A DNA stretch of 64,000 nt from Macrostomum lignano (Eukaryota), in the NCBI GenBank assembly GCA_002269645.1, contig NIVC01002488.1, positions 62,001 through 126,000 of the forward strand, read 5' to 3'. Within the stretch, counting starts at the first letter, position 1. Each line of letters opens with the position of its first letter. A program made the translations under genes and the position numbers. The notes below the pieces were generated by a model. The model worked only from the letters and a program-made list of their open reading frames with translations, did not search any database and was not told where the DNA came from. Shown here piece after piece: positions 32,339 through 44,149 of this stretch.

Positions 32339-35300
32339 CGCAGCACCCTAGCCAACAATATCAATGTTTGCTTCAAATCCTAATTTTACACGAATCTATA
32401 CTCTATTTTATGTTTAACTCCATCCTAACTATTAACAAGTTTTTGTTTGAGTTTGACCTCAGATTTTAGATTACATGCAAAAATAATTCTGGGGAATGGA
32501 GTTCCCCGGTTCAAAATCCGCGGGTTTCAACAGCTTGTAATGTAATATAATTAACTTAAATATAATATCAGTGTCAGCTAACGATGAAACACTTTCTTTC
32601 TTCCTCCGCCCACATCAATATATCTCCGTGTCCCCCGTAGCCACGCTACTGCATTACATCCAGAGGTCCGCGTTCTAACCGCATTATTCACAGTAGGTAG
32701 AAAAAAATACATATTTAATACTGTAAGAACTAAGAACAGTACTAACGTATTGTATGGTAAGAGAAGTCTTTATTGTAACCTTTGTGCATGAGAATTTTTC
32801 CACTGAAATGCTAGGCCTATCTAGCCTATCTTCCTGGCTGTATGCCTGTATCATATTCATATGGTCTAGTCTGACTAAATCAGTATTGTATGGCTACTGT
32901 AATGTATGCTAATGCTAGATTTGATTTAGGAAAAACTCACTTCATGTATTACTAATTCTTTTTTAATTACTTAGGCCTAGGGCCCTAGGCTATACTATTA
33001 CTAGACACATTCCATAGTCATCATAAGCTGTCTTATTGAATTATGGTTACTTTGGTGCCAAATGTGTATAGTATAGAGCATTGCTGCCAAAAATAGGGAG
33101 TCTAGTGAGATGTTAATTTTTTTAATTTGTCTCTTTTTTGATACCATGGCATGTGATAGACATTTATTGTATAAGTAAAATGAAACCTTAGTTTTGAATT
33201 TTGGTCAAGTAATAAAAAAGTTTGAACACTTTTAATGTCATATTTTTTTTAATTTCTATAGCCATGTGACGTTGATGGTTTCTTTTGTCTTGCCAGTTTG
33301 TCAGTTGGTAGCTCGTATCAGCTGGGAATATTTAATGTGTAATCTGGTTATTTCAATGAGTTGTATTTTTATGTTTGCTGACAATGGTTGGGACTTTGTT
33401 TTACTGGGTTGGCAATACTTTATTTAACATTTGAATTCTGTGGCTTTGGAGAAGAGGGATCTAGGGTTCGTGCTTGTCTGTTAAAACTACCGCTTGCAAG
33501 TTCATTTTTTCAATCATTATTAAAGAATGCTTCCCGCTAGATCTTAAACTGCATTCAGTCTAAGTACCGTGTTCTCCCACAAGATCATATCTTCCAAAGC
33601 CACCCCACCTGATCCGTTACTTTGCTATCAGTTGCAAGCGAATATTATACTTCTTCCAACCGTGTTTGAGAGAAAAAATACAAATAATCCAATAATCGGC
33701 CAGTTGTCATCAATCAATCAAGGTTCTACGTGTTTGTCGCTAATTTGAATACATGTAGCAGCCCGTCAGCACGTGAACTCTTACATCAGATCAGATATAT
33801 TTGTCACAGCCATAGGCCTAATGGCTAATGCAATTTCCTATAAGGCACTATGAACATTTTTTCCTTAAGAGGTCTGATTTTTCAAGTTATAGGCCTAAAG
33901 GATATAACTTTTGAACTAGGCCCCTATTCAGGGGATTTTCATTCCTAATAGTAATGTCAATAGTAAGAGGCCTAGTGTGTGGATCATGTACCTGTGTATG
34001 CTGGAAAAAATTTGGGTGTCAAGGACTTTGTATGCCAGTGAATGCCAAAAAACAAAAAGTTGCACTAATGTACACCAAAAAATTTTAAAAAAGGTCATCC
34101 GGTTTTTACAAATAGAGTTTTCTAAGAAAGGCTTTTGTATGAAAAGTGTTTTTAAAATATTACAAATATTTTTAAATTAAACAAACTTAAATTATAACTA
34201 CAAAAAATATGATGCAAAATTAATACTCTTAGCAAAAATTTACACTAATTTTATTTATTATTAATTTAAAAGAAGCAAAAAGTTTATCACTGACAATATA
34301 AATTTTCCTTTACTTTTGAGGTGGGGGCGATTTAGACTTGGTTGTGGTCGGGATTGTCTGGTGTTCACTTGATTTAATGTCAAATTTGAATGGCTCAGGC
34401 CTCTGAATAGGCGCCATTGTTATTTCGCACAAATTAAATCCAGAAAATTTGCGTGGGCAAATCCGATAGAAACAACTCGTAGATACTCCGTCTGCTGGGG
34501 TCCTCAATCCCGGGGGGAAGGTAGTTTTGGTCGTAGGCAAGCGGTCTTCGTTTGGCGCGAGCGTTCAAATGGGGGTCCTTAGACACTGTAAATTTAATGT
34601 GTCTCGTATTCTTGTTGTGTTACTAACAGTAGAGTAGCGCTGCCACCACCGTAATTTGCATATTACGGAACGTTGAAAAGTCTCAGAGCTTGCTTCAAGG
34701 TGAGACTGGGTTATTTTATGCCCCACGGGCAAATGACTTAAGTTAATCTATGGCTTTTAATCGAAGAACGGATTGTAGTAAATTAATGCGAGTTTATTGC
34801 TTAACGAGTTATTACAAAAGACAGCTAAAATATTATACTATGTCTCACGCGTGTAAATTAAGAGACAACTGACGACAGATGATCAGGGGTGCCGCAGTGC
34901 GGACCTTCGCTTAAAGAAAAGTTAAACTAAATTAGTTTTTGGTCAGGCAGTAGTTAGTTGAGTTATCTTAAAGTTATTAAACTAGTAAAAAGGAAATCCC
35001 TGAAGGAAGTTATAGAGGGACGTCACAGACGGAGACAGGGAGGCAAAGGCGAAGGGGGAAAAGAAGAAGACGAAGAAGAAGACGAACAAACAAAACGAAA
35101 CGAAAATGCAACGCATGAGGAGAGGGCAGGCGCAAGGGGTGGGAATAAATACCCGGAGACAGGACACAAAAAGGCTGGCAAGGCCCAGAAACTGGGGAGG
35201 GGTGAAAACTCAAAAGGCCAAAAAAGGATTCAACAAAATTACCCCAGAAATACATAGTAAAACAAAAGAAAAACACAATTTGGTCATATAGCGCCAGAAA

Positions 35301-36234
35301 ATGGGGCAAGGGGGAACAGAAAGGGGGCAAAATTACGTCATGACTTGCACCAGGGAGTAGACTAACGGGGACCAGAATAGGGTACGCATAATTTTATCGT
35401 CCAGAAACTGTAATGTTATTAAAATCAATAAAATAATTAAAATCAATCAAATAATCAATTGGTGGTACCCAACTACCACATGCTTTATTTTATAAATTTA
35501 GTACACAATAGATTTTGACCAAGTTTAACTTGTTTCATACTTGGTTGCACAATTTAAACAGTCAGACACTTATCAGAAAGCAGAATTTATCAGCTTTTTG
35601 GTTTATATTATGGCTTTGTTATATTATTTATTATTTTTATTTTGTTCACTTTTTAAGTTGATACCTTTTTTATTTTTCCCACATTGTATATAGCTCACAA
35701 GACTTGCTACCAAGAATTCAGAGTAAAATAAAAAGCCTTAGTCTATGCTAGTGTGTTGCTGCTTCCTAAGTTCTTGAAGATGTTCCTAGAAATATAACTC
35801 GCTGCTCCGGAAGTAGCTAGATAGTATTGTAGTACTACTTATCGATTTGCCTAAAAAGGAACCTAAAATGTTAGCCTTAGACTTGGTAGGGTTGCTGCCA
35901 CCTTGGTAGGTGGACTTGACGTGTTGGCAGAGTTATCTATCCATCATCTGAAATAAAATAATGAAGTCATTCGGAGCAAGGCAAATCTGAAAAATGTCTT
36001 GACAGTTGATCATTCCTGAAGGTGCTGCTCAATCCTGAAATGAGAGAGGAGAGCTTGGAGGCAAAGAGGCAGCTCCAGTTGAGCCCAGGCAAGACAACGC
36101 AATCAAACAAGGTGCGGCAGCCCGGGGGCACAGTCTGGAGAAAAACAGCTCTCAGGTGCTCCATATTTATAGGTGAATGTGTGAAACTTCCTTATTTGGT
36201 CATCATAATGTAACCCTATTACTCAGCAGTGGCG

Positions 36235-36370
36235 TGACTCAAGGTCAGCAGCCACGCTTAACATGCGTACACAGTCACATGCTTATATTGTGCTAAAAAT
36301 AGAACTTGGGTGGATGACTCATCCTGTTTACTCCTAGGCAACCACTATACCCCGCGTAGTTGATGAGTCA
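36235..36370. promoter_or_regulatory. Cluster of three AP-1/TRE consensus sites
   Basis: TGACTCA at 36235-36241, GGATGACTCATCC at 36312-36324, TGAGTCA at 36364-36370. Motif match only. Confidence 0.3.
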
Positions 36371-36692
36371 TCCTGCTATGCCTCTTCAGCACAAGTGGGA
36401 AGACATTATGTGTGGCTGTCCACACCTGCTCAGGCAATGTCATTGGGCAGTAAACACTTCAGCCCAACTCTCTCTCTAGATCAGGTGGATTGAGACTCTG
36501 TGCAGTGGATCACAGAGCTCTTAGGGAAAGCTAGTGAATGCTGCTGAATAGCCAGTTAGCAGCCAGTCACTACACTCTCCCTGTCCAAATTAAATTGTGC
36601 AGCAACAACAATAATTCAATTTATTTAAAACTCTTCGTGGTAATAATTTTAGTCTGATTCAGCAAAAAAATTAAACAAACAAACAGGCAACT

Positions 36693-36958
36693 TGTGGCGG
36701 ACAAGTGCAAGCACACCTGAAGACGGCCGTTTAGATGCCCTCGCGCTCCCTGCTCATCACGCCGCGTCTATGCGCCACCAACCCGGAGATTAGGGGTGGG
36801 GGTTCGCCCACCCAGCCTGAGCTACGTGGGGGTTGGGGTTGACTGACTAACTAGCGCGTTGGCCTATTTAACCTGATTGTGCGCAGACGCTTGTAAGAAC
36901 CTTTTGCTCTCCGCAAATACAATTTCAAGTCTGCACGCAGTAGCTACTGCCCGCTTCA
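36693..36958 (+). repeat. 5' LTR (266 bp)
   Basis: tgtggcggacaag...cccgcttca, direct repeat of 40784-41050. Confidence 0.97.
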
Positions 36959-36959
36959 T

Positions 36960-36972
36960 TGGTGAGCCCGAC
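36960..36972 (+). promoter_or_regulatory. Primer-binding site, tRNA-Trp-like
   Basis: TGGTGAGCCCGAC just 3' of the LTR; 12/13 match to the TGGTGACCCCGAC complement of the tRNA-Trp 3' end (recalled sequence). Confidence 0.6.
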
Positions 36973-36994
36973 AACCCGCCATTTCGTCTAACAC

Positions 36995-37699
36995 ATGGCG
37001 CCACCCACTGAGTCAACTGTTGCACTCAAGCTGCCCACGTTTTGGGCCATGCAGCCACGCGCGTGGTTCATCCAGGCAGAGGCCCAGTTCCAGCTGCGCG
37101 GCATCACCCAGGACGACACCAAGTATCACCACTTGGTCGCCTCGCTTGATCAACAAACCGCCGAGCGCCTGCTGGACGTTCTGGAAAGCCCTCCGAGCGA
37201 GGACAAATACGGCAAACTGAAAGGGCGCCTGCTCGGCACTTTCAGTCTCACCCGGCAGCAGCGAGCTAGCCGTTTGCTCAGCATGTCCGGCCTGGGAGAT
37301 CGCCGGCCGTCCGAGATGATGGACGAGATGCTGGCCCTGCTTGGTGATCACCGGCCTTGCCTGCTCTTTGAGGAGCTGTTCCGCCAGCAGCTGCCCGTGG
37401 ACATCCGGATGGCGCTCGCATCCGCCGACTTCGAAGACCCCCGGACAGTCGCGCAGCTCGCCGACCAGCTCTGGGCCAGCCGTCCCCAGCCAGTGGCCGC
37501 TTCCGCCCAGTTGGCAGGTCCGCCGGAGGTTTGCGCTGCGCGTCAGGCTGCGCGTCCCCGCACCACGTCGCCCCGGCCTGTGCACCGCGGCACCCGCGCC
37601 CAGGAGCTGTGCTACTTCCACCGCAAGTTCGGCGCGAAGGCTAGGCAATGCGAGCAGCCCTGCAGCTTTCCGGGAAACGGGCCGGCCGGCCGCCAGTGA
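36995..37699 (+). CDS. gag: Gag, 234 aa
   Basis: [18 protein letters not shown] gag N-terminus and C-terminal [18 protein letters not shown] zinc motif. Confidence 0.92.
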   Translation: MAPPTESTVALKLPTFWAMQPRAWFIQAEAQFQLRGITQDDTKYHHLVASLDQQTAERLLDVLESPPSEDKYGKLKGRLLGTFSLTRQQRASRLLSMSGLGDRRPSEMMDEMLALLGDHRPCLLFEELFRQQLPVDIRMALASADFEDPRTVAQLADQLWASRPQPVAASAQLAGPPEVCAARQAARPRTTSPRPVHRGTRAQELCYFHRKFGAKARQCEQPCSFPGNGPAGRQ

Positions 37700-40600
37700 C
37701 CATCGCGGCGGCCGGCAACCTGCTGCTCATCCCCGACGTCCCATCCGGCCGGCGGTTCCTGGTGGACACAGGCGCCGAGGTAAGCATTTTCCCAGCCTCT
37801 GCAGATGATGCCCGCGCCCGTTCACCTGGCCCGCCGCTGTTCGCCGCGAACGGCACCCGCATCCGAACCTTCGGCGGCCGCAGCATCACACTGGACGTCG
37901 GCCTGAAGACCTGCACCTGGCCATTCGTGTTGGCTGAGGTCTCCCGGCCGTTGATCGGCGCCGACTTCCTGCGCCACCACGGCCTGCTGGTGGACCTGCC
38001 CAACCGCCGCCTTCTGGACGCCGCCTCCCTGGCCAGTGTGCAATTGCTGGCTGGCTCCGGTTCTGCGCCTCAGCTCGCCGCCGCGGTTGCCAGGGACCCG
38101 TACAGCCGGTTGCTGGCGGAGTTCCCCAGCATCACGGAGCCCAGTTTCAGCAAAGCCACGCCGCGGCACGGCGTGGAGCACTACATCCCGACGACGGGCC
38201 CGCCGGTGCACGCTAGAGCGCGCCGCCTGCCGCCCGACAAGCTGGCCGCGGCCAAGGAAGAGTTTCGCAACCTGGAGCAGCTCGGCATTGTGCGGCGGTC
38301 CAGCAGCCCCTGGTCCTCGCCGCTGCACATGGTGCCCAAGACTTCCGGCGGTTGGCGGCCCTGCGGCGATTTCCGGCGGCTCAATGACGCCACGGTGCCC
38401 GACCGCTACCCCGTGCCGCATATCCAGGATTTCTCAGCGCGCCTGAGCGGCTGCACAGTGTTCTCGAAGATCGACCTGGTGCGGGGCTACCACCAGATCC
38501 CGGTCGCGCAAACGGACATCCCGAAGACCGCCGTCATTACACCGTTTGGGTTGTTTGAGTTCCTCCGCATGCCGTTCGGGTTGAAAAATGCGGCACAGGC
38601 CTTCCAGCGGTTAGTAGATTCTATCTGCCAGGACCTGCCGGCCGTCTTCGCGTACATCGACGATTTCCTGGTCGCCAGCAGCAGCCCCGAGCAGCACGAG
38701 GAGCACCTGCGGAAGCTGTTCCAGCGCCTCGCCGACAACGGCCTGTTGCTCAACCCAGCCAAGTGCCAGTTTGGCCGCAGCGAGATCGATTTCCTCGGCC
38801 ACAGGATCAGCGCTGCGGGCGCCATGCCGCTGCCGGACAAGGTCGACGCAGTCGCCAGGTTCGCGCCGCCCACGACGGTGAAGGGTCTCCAGGAGTTTGC
38901 CGGCATGGTGAACTTCTATCACCGCTTCGTGCCCCGCGCAGCCCGGTTGCTGCGCCCGATCTACCAGGCCATGGCCGGCAAGGAGAAGCTGGTGCGGTGG
39001 ACGCCGGAGCTGACCGAGGCCTTCGACAAGACCAAGCAGGCGCTGGCCGACGCGACCATGCTGGCGCACCCCAGGCCCGACGCGCCGCTGGCCCTCACCG
39101 TAGATGCTTCTGACACCGCCGTGGGCGCCGTCCTCGAGCAGCGTGTCGGCCCCGCCTGGCAGCCGCTCGCATTCTTCAGCCGGCAGTTGCGACCTGCGGA
39201 GGTAAAGTACAGTGCCTTCGACCGCGAGCTCCTGGCACTGTACCTAGCGGTCCGCCACTTCCGTTACCTCCTTGAGGGGCGCCACTTCACAGCCTACACG
39301 GACCACAAGCCGTTGGCCGCCGCCATGGCCAAGCTGTCCGACCCGTGGTCCGCTCGGCAGCAGCGGCACCTGGCGTACGTGAGCGAATTCACCACGGACG
39401 TCCAGCACATCGCCGGCAAGAACAATCCGGTGGCCGACGCGCTGTCCCGCTGCACCGTGGCCAGCGTGCTACCCGGCATCGATTTTGCAGCGATGTCGCA
39501 GGCCCAGCATGCCCCGACCGAGTTGCCGCCGCCCGGCTCCGGCCTCCGACTGGAGCGCGTGACCCTCCGCCCAGGCCTGGAGCTGCTCTGCGACGTCTCC
39601 ACCGGCCATCCCCGCCCGCTGGTGCCGCCCGAATTTCGACGGCCGGTGTTCGACGCCATCCACGGCCTTGCGCACCCATCAATCCGCAGCTCCCGCCGCC
39701 TCGTTGCAGACCGTTTCGTCTGGCCCGGCCTCAACCGCGACGTCGGCCGTTGGGCTCGCAGCTGCCTCGCCTGCCAGACGACTAAGGTCCAGCAGCATGT
39801 TGTCAGCCCGCCAGACAGCATCCCGGTGCCCCGCGACCGCTTCGCGCACGTGCACATCGACCTGGTGGGCCCGCTTCCGCACTCTCAAGGGTGCTCGCAC
39901 CTGCTGACCGTTGTCGACCGGTTCACGCGTTGGCCGGAAGCAATTCCGCTGGCAGACACGTCCGCCGCTACCTGTGCGGCCGCATTCATCGCGCACTGGA
40001 TTGCCCGTTTCGGTGTGCCAAGCGACCTCACGTCAGACCGCGGCCCGCAGTTCACCTCGGAGCTGTGGTCCAACGTGTCCCGCTTGCTTGGCACGCAGCT
40101 GCACCAGACGACGGCCTTCCACCCACAGGCCAACGGGCTTGTGGAGCGGTTCCACCGGCAGCTCAAGGCTTCCCTGATGGCGCGGCTGACGGGCCGTCCT
40201 GGACTGCCGAGCTGCCCTGGGTGTTGCTCGGCATCCGCACCGCTCCCAAGGAGGATCTCGGCACGTCATCGGCGGAGTTGGTGTACGGAGTCCCACTGGC
40301 GGTGCCGGGCGAGTGTCTGCAGACCAGCTCGCCTACGGGCCATGACGGGTTCCTCGCGCGCCTGCGCCAGGCCGTGCAGGCTTTCCGCCCGCCACCGACC
40401 TCCCAGCATGGCCGCCGCCCCACCGCCTTGCCTGCTGTCTTGGACACCTGCACGCACGTCTTCGTCCGCCGCGGCGGGCACCGACCGGCGCTGCAACCGC
40501 CTTATCTAGGTCCCTTCAAGGTGCTGGAGCGCGGCGCTAAGGCTTTCCTCCTCGACCTCGTCACTAGGCGGGACTTCGTGTCGGTGGACCGGCTCAAGCC

Positions 40601-40811
40601 AGCGGCGCTTGACCCTGCGAGCCCGGTTTCGACGCCTCAAATTCGGCCAAGGGGGCGCCCACCGCGTGAGCCCACCGTCCCGGGCGCCGCGACGGCCGAA
40701 CCGCTGCGCCGCCGCCCGCCGCGGCGCCGCCAGCCACGCCGCCGTTGCCGTCGAGTACCGGAGGCCACCGCTGGGGGGAGCCGTGTGGCGGACAAGTGCA
40801 AGCACACCTGA
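37648..40811 (+). CDS. pol: Pol (protease, RT, RNase H, integrase) with one 1-nt frameshift near 40193
   Basis: [58 protein letters not shown]. Continues in another frame as [27 protein letters not shown] to a stop inside the 3' LTR. Confidence 0.92.
37672..37678 (+). promoter_or_regulatory. -1 programmed ribosomal frameshift site G GGA AAC
   Basis: XXXYYYZ heptamer in the correct gag frame; pol is in the -1 frame; a GC-rich self-complementary run follows. Confidence 0.8.
40771..40783 (+). promoter_or_regulatory. Polypurine tract
   Basis: ctggggggagccg immediately 5' of the 3' LTR. Confidence 0.7.
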
Positions 40812-41050
40812 AGACGGCCGTTTAGATGCCCTCGCGCTCCCTGCTCATCACGCCGCGTCTATGCGCCACCAACCCCGGAGATTAGGGGTGGGGGTTCGCC
40901 CACCCAGCCTGAGCTACGTGGGGGTTGGGGTTGACTGACTAACTAGCGCGTTGGCCTATTTAACCTGATTGTGCGCAGACGCTTGTAAGAACCTTTTGCT
41001 CTCCGCAAATACAATTTCAAGTCTGCACGCAGTAGCTACTGCCCGCTTCA
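40784..41050 (+). repeat. 3' LTR (267 bp)
   Basis: Direct repeat of the 5' LTR, followed by TSD AACT. Confidence 0.97.
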
Positions 41051-41184
41051 AACTTGTATTTTATAATATTATAAAGTTTCAGAAAGTTTGGAGTTGATGG
41101 TTAATAGTAATAAGCGATTGTACACTAGATAGTCATGGAATACGATTTTCGAGTTACAGCTACCAATCACTGTCACTGTCGCTT

Positions 41185-41521
41185 CTATCGCTGGATGCGT
41201 CCACAGATTGATTGCTGGCTCATGCATTTGCCATTTACGGAGATGCATTTTTGGTAGTGCTCAATCAGCTTGTCGAAGCCAGACTCCCAGAAGCTGGCAT
41301 CGAACCAACGCAGAGACTTGTTGGCTGCTTCAATGACCTCCTTGCACGTTGTGAAGATCTCGCCACACATTGGCATCTTCATTGGGCCAAAGAACACCAA
41401 AAGCAAGATGCACCTCATCAAAGGTCTGTGTCGCTGTTTTGCCCTCTCGTTGGCATTCCATGATAAAGTGGCGCTGGCTTTCCTTAGACCCGAACTCCGA
41501 TGGATTCTTCGGTCGACTCAT
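41185..41521 (-). mobile_element. Internally deleted mariner transposase remnant
   Basis: N-terminal HTH-like QRHFIMECQREGKTATQTFDEVHLAFG joined to C-terminal FTTCKEVIEAA..FWESGFDKLIEHYQKCISVNG. The DDD core is missing. Confidence 0.7.
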
Positions 41522-41778
41522 TTTCGCTCACTTTTGGTTTGTGAAAAATCGTGTCAACAGCTTCAAAGGGTTGCAACCTATTTTGTTCCCTTTTGTCTAT
41601 GGTTTCCGGCATTCATACTTGCGGTAACAATTTAATTGTTTGTCGGCTTTTTTCGATTGTTGCCGGATTTCAGACGAATGTATTTGGCTATCAAAACAAG
41701 GAACAACAATAGCAACACGGCGAAATTGTTTCATAGTCACAAAAAGTTCTTAAGAACAAACCGATCGAATCAATTGTT

Positions 41779-42135
41779 TTACTTTCCGTAAAAGTTGAAT
41801 GTGCAGTTGTGGAACTGACCACCACAGAGGCTTCTCGGCAGGTCTTGGCCGCCCTCGGGTGCTTTCATCAGCTCGCCTCTATCAGACCCAGTTGTCACAC
41901 TTTCGATGGTGGATTCCGCATCGTCGTCAATCTTGGTGACTTTGGACCCATAGGCAGCCAGACAAGCGCTCATTCGGGCCACACAGTCCATGTCTCGCCG
42001 CTTGTATACATCCACTGAGCTCGAATTCTTGTGTCCCGTCATTAGTGTAATCGCTTGATTATCGAAACCGGCCTTGGCCAAACTCTCGGGTGACAAAAGC
42101 CAACTCGTCCGTGGAGAGTCCACATATTTCTCCGC
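41779..42135 (-). mobile_element. Crypton-like tyrosine recombinase C-terminal fragment
   Basis: KAGFDNQAITLMTGHKNSSSVDVY (TGH and catalytic Tyr) and terminal FHNCTFNF. The upstream HSLR motif has decayed to DSPR. Confidence 0.7.
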
Positions 42136-42456
42136 CAGGAATGTTTGCGTAGCGAATCATAGCTACTTTTCCTATTTGCACTCCGAATAGGAGAATTAAT
42201 TCAAGCTCAAAATCAACTTGAGAATTAACTCATGGCAGCCAGGCTAGCTGTCTTCACTGTCCTTTAAATTTGCCATAAACGATTAATTATCTCTACAACC
42301 CTTTCATTTAGAGAGCAACTAAATTTGCCATAGACGATTGATTATCTCTACAACCCTTTCAAAGCGCATTCCGGCAACAATCGCATTTCATACTCAGCAT
42401 CCGCACTATGTCTGGGCCATAGACAAGGGAAGTCAAAAGGGTACAATAATGACATG

Positions 42457-42545
42457 TACCGATTTTTTTCGGCAGCAATTGCGTAAGCTGAAGCCGCGTA
42501 GCGGCTGAAGCTTAGTAGAGCAATTGCTGCCGAAAAAAATCGGTA
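42457..42545. repeat. 26-bp perfect inverted repeat enclosing an inner hairpin
   Basis: taccgatttttttcggcagcaattgc (42457-42482) and gcaattgctgccgaaaaaaatcggta (42520-42545); inner agccgc-gta-gcggct. Confidence 0.85.
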
Positions 42546-44149
42546 TATATCGTTACATTGGCCCTGATGTATGCTGTGATTGACTAGCTGCAAAAAATTT
42601 TAGGAAAAGTTTTTTTCTATGGCTGAATACCATAGACATCAATTTTCAGCCAAATCAAACACGAATTGTCACCAGGATTAGCATTAGTCCGGAAACTTTT
42701 GCAACACCCCTCGTATTTTAATGAGAGATTGCATATTTTTTTAGACTAAATGTTGGACTCAACCGTCCTAATGTTTATGAATTTTAAAATCGCACAAAAC
42801 AGTTAAGCTCGTCTGGTACTTGTATAGTTTGGCCTAAGAAAAATAACATTTTAAGCACTGCCAGCTCCAGAGAAGTTGCATGCGGCAGATGTGGTGGGAG
42901 GGCAGTAGCGGTGCCGCAGGCCACTTCATCAACAGCCTGGCGCCTGGCTTCGGCAGTTGCGGAGCAGAAATCATCGCAAATCGAGTCAGCCATTTTCTGC
43001 ATAGCTACCTCTCTAGACTGGCATTCACAAGTAGGTCTGTCAGTGCACTGATACATGGAGCCCAGATGATTGACTTGGGTCGTCGCATCAGCTTGTTGAG
43101 GCCTGCCCCGGATGGCGGTGCTGATGGCCTTGGCTAGTTTAGTCCAGCTGAACAGTCGTGGAGGCGATGGTACTGGCGATGGGTGGCGGAAGTGCAGCGA
43201 TGGAGGCATAGGTGGTGTCGGATAGTCGTCCAACAACATCTGGCTGCGGTGGCAATCAGGTCAAACAAGTTGCCACTTGGTTGCTGCTGAACGGGCGAGC
43301 TGTGAACAGGTGGTTCTTGGGTCGGCTGCACCGGTGGCGATTGTGGCAGAGTGGGCGAGCTGTGGATTAGTTGCGCTGACAGTGGTTCCTGCAGGGCAGC
43401 GGCGCCTCTAGCTGCTTTTGCGGCCAGTAGCCAAGCGTCAGCCATGATCGCCTTTGACAGGTCAAGACAGCTTGATGGCGGCAGCTGTTTCTCTAGCGAC
43501 TGCTAGTTGATTTCCTATCTGAGGTGGCTGCAATGGTTCAAGTTGGCACACCTCAATATTGGCATCACGTTGGGGACGCACATCCCAGCGGCTGCGTCGG
43601 CTGCGAGATGGGTCCTGGCTTGGAATAGGGATAATGCGCGTCCTGCTTGCTGGCTTTGATGAGCTTGTTGCGCGGAAATGGTGGCTTCAGATGATCTATG
43701 ATGCTCGGCAGCACGGCAAACTTTGACAAGGTGCAAGCTGGGGAGATGCTTCAGCTGTACATGCTCTGTTTTTCTTAAATGCAGACTTCGTCACCTCTGC
43801 ATAGGAACGTGTCAGTTTTGGCGTAGGACAAAGGCGCTTCATGGCGCAAGACATATCGTCCTCGCGTTGTTAATAGGTGGTTGGCTGCAGGCTCATGGAA
43901 GAGCAACAAGATGGCTCGACCTGCGGAGTCTGTTGGCTCATGGGAGAGCAGCGGGACTCCTCAGCGGTAAATTTTTGACCAAGATATGAGCAGTGGCGCT
44001 CGACTGGGAGGGCTGCTAATGCGGTGGCCTCCGAATCTTTGTCCAAGTCAGTCTCCAAACTCTGTAGGTAGACCTTATGGCTGTCGTTGGAGAGGGCTAA
44101 TGGTATAGTGGCCTCTTGAACATCATCATTTAGGCTGGTCTCTTTGAAG

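Larger units (their letters stand above)
36693..41050 (+). mobile_element. Full-length, very young Ty3/Gypsy LTR retrotransposon (4358 bp)
   Basis: TG..CA LTRs differing only by one C in a C-run; 4-bp TSD AACT (36689-36692 and 41051-41054); PBS, PPT, gag and pol in PR-RT-RH-IN order. Confidence 0.97.

Noticed and set aside
30755-32376. Long Ser/Leu-rich ORFs (467 aa, 287 aa)
   Set aside because: Stop-free by chance in CT low-complexity DNA.
27417-32651. Possible large TIR element from cagtggcgtagc to gccacgctactg
   Set aside because: Only a 12-bp match with two mismatches and no TSD; these termini are common short motifs.
37013-40938. Numerous overlapping ORFs on both strands within the LTR element
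   Set aside because: Expected from very high GC content (few stop codons); only gag and pol carry domain motifs.
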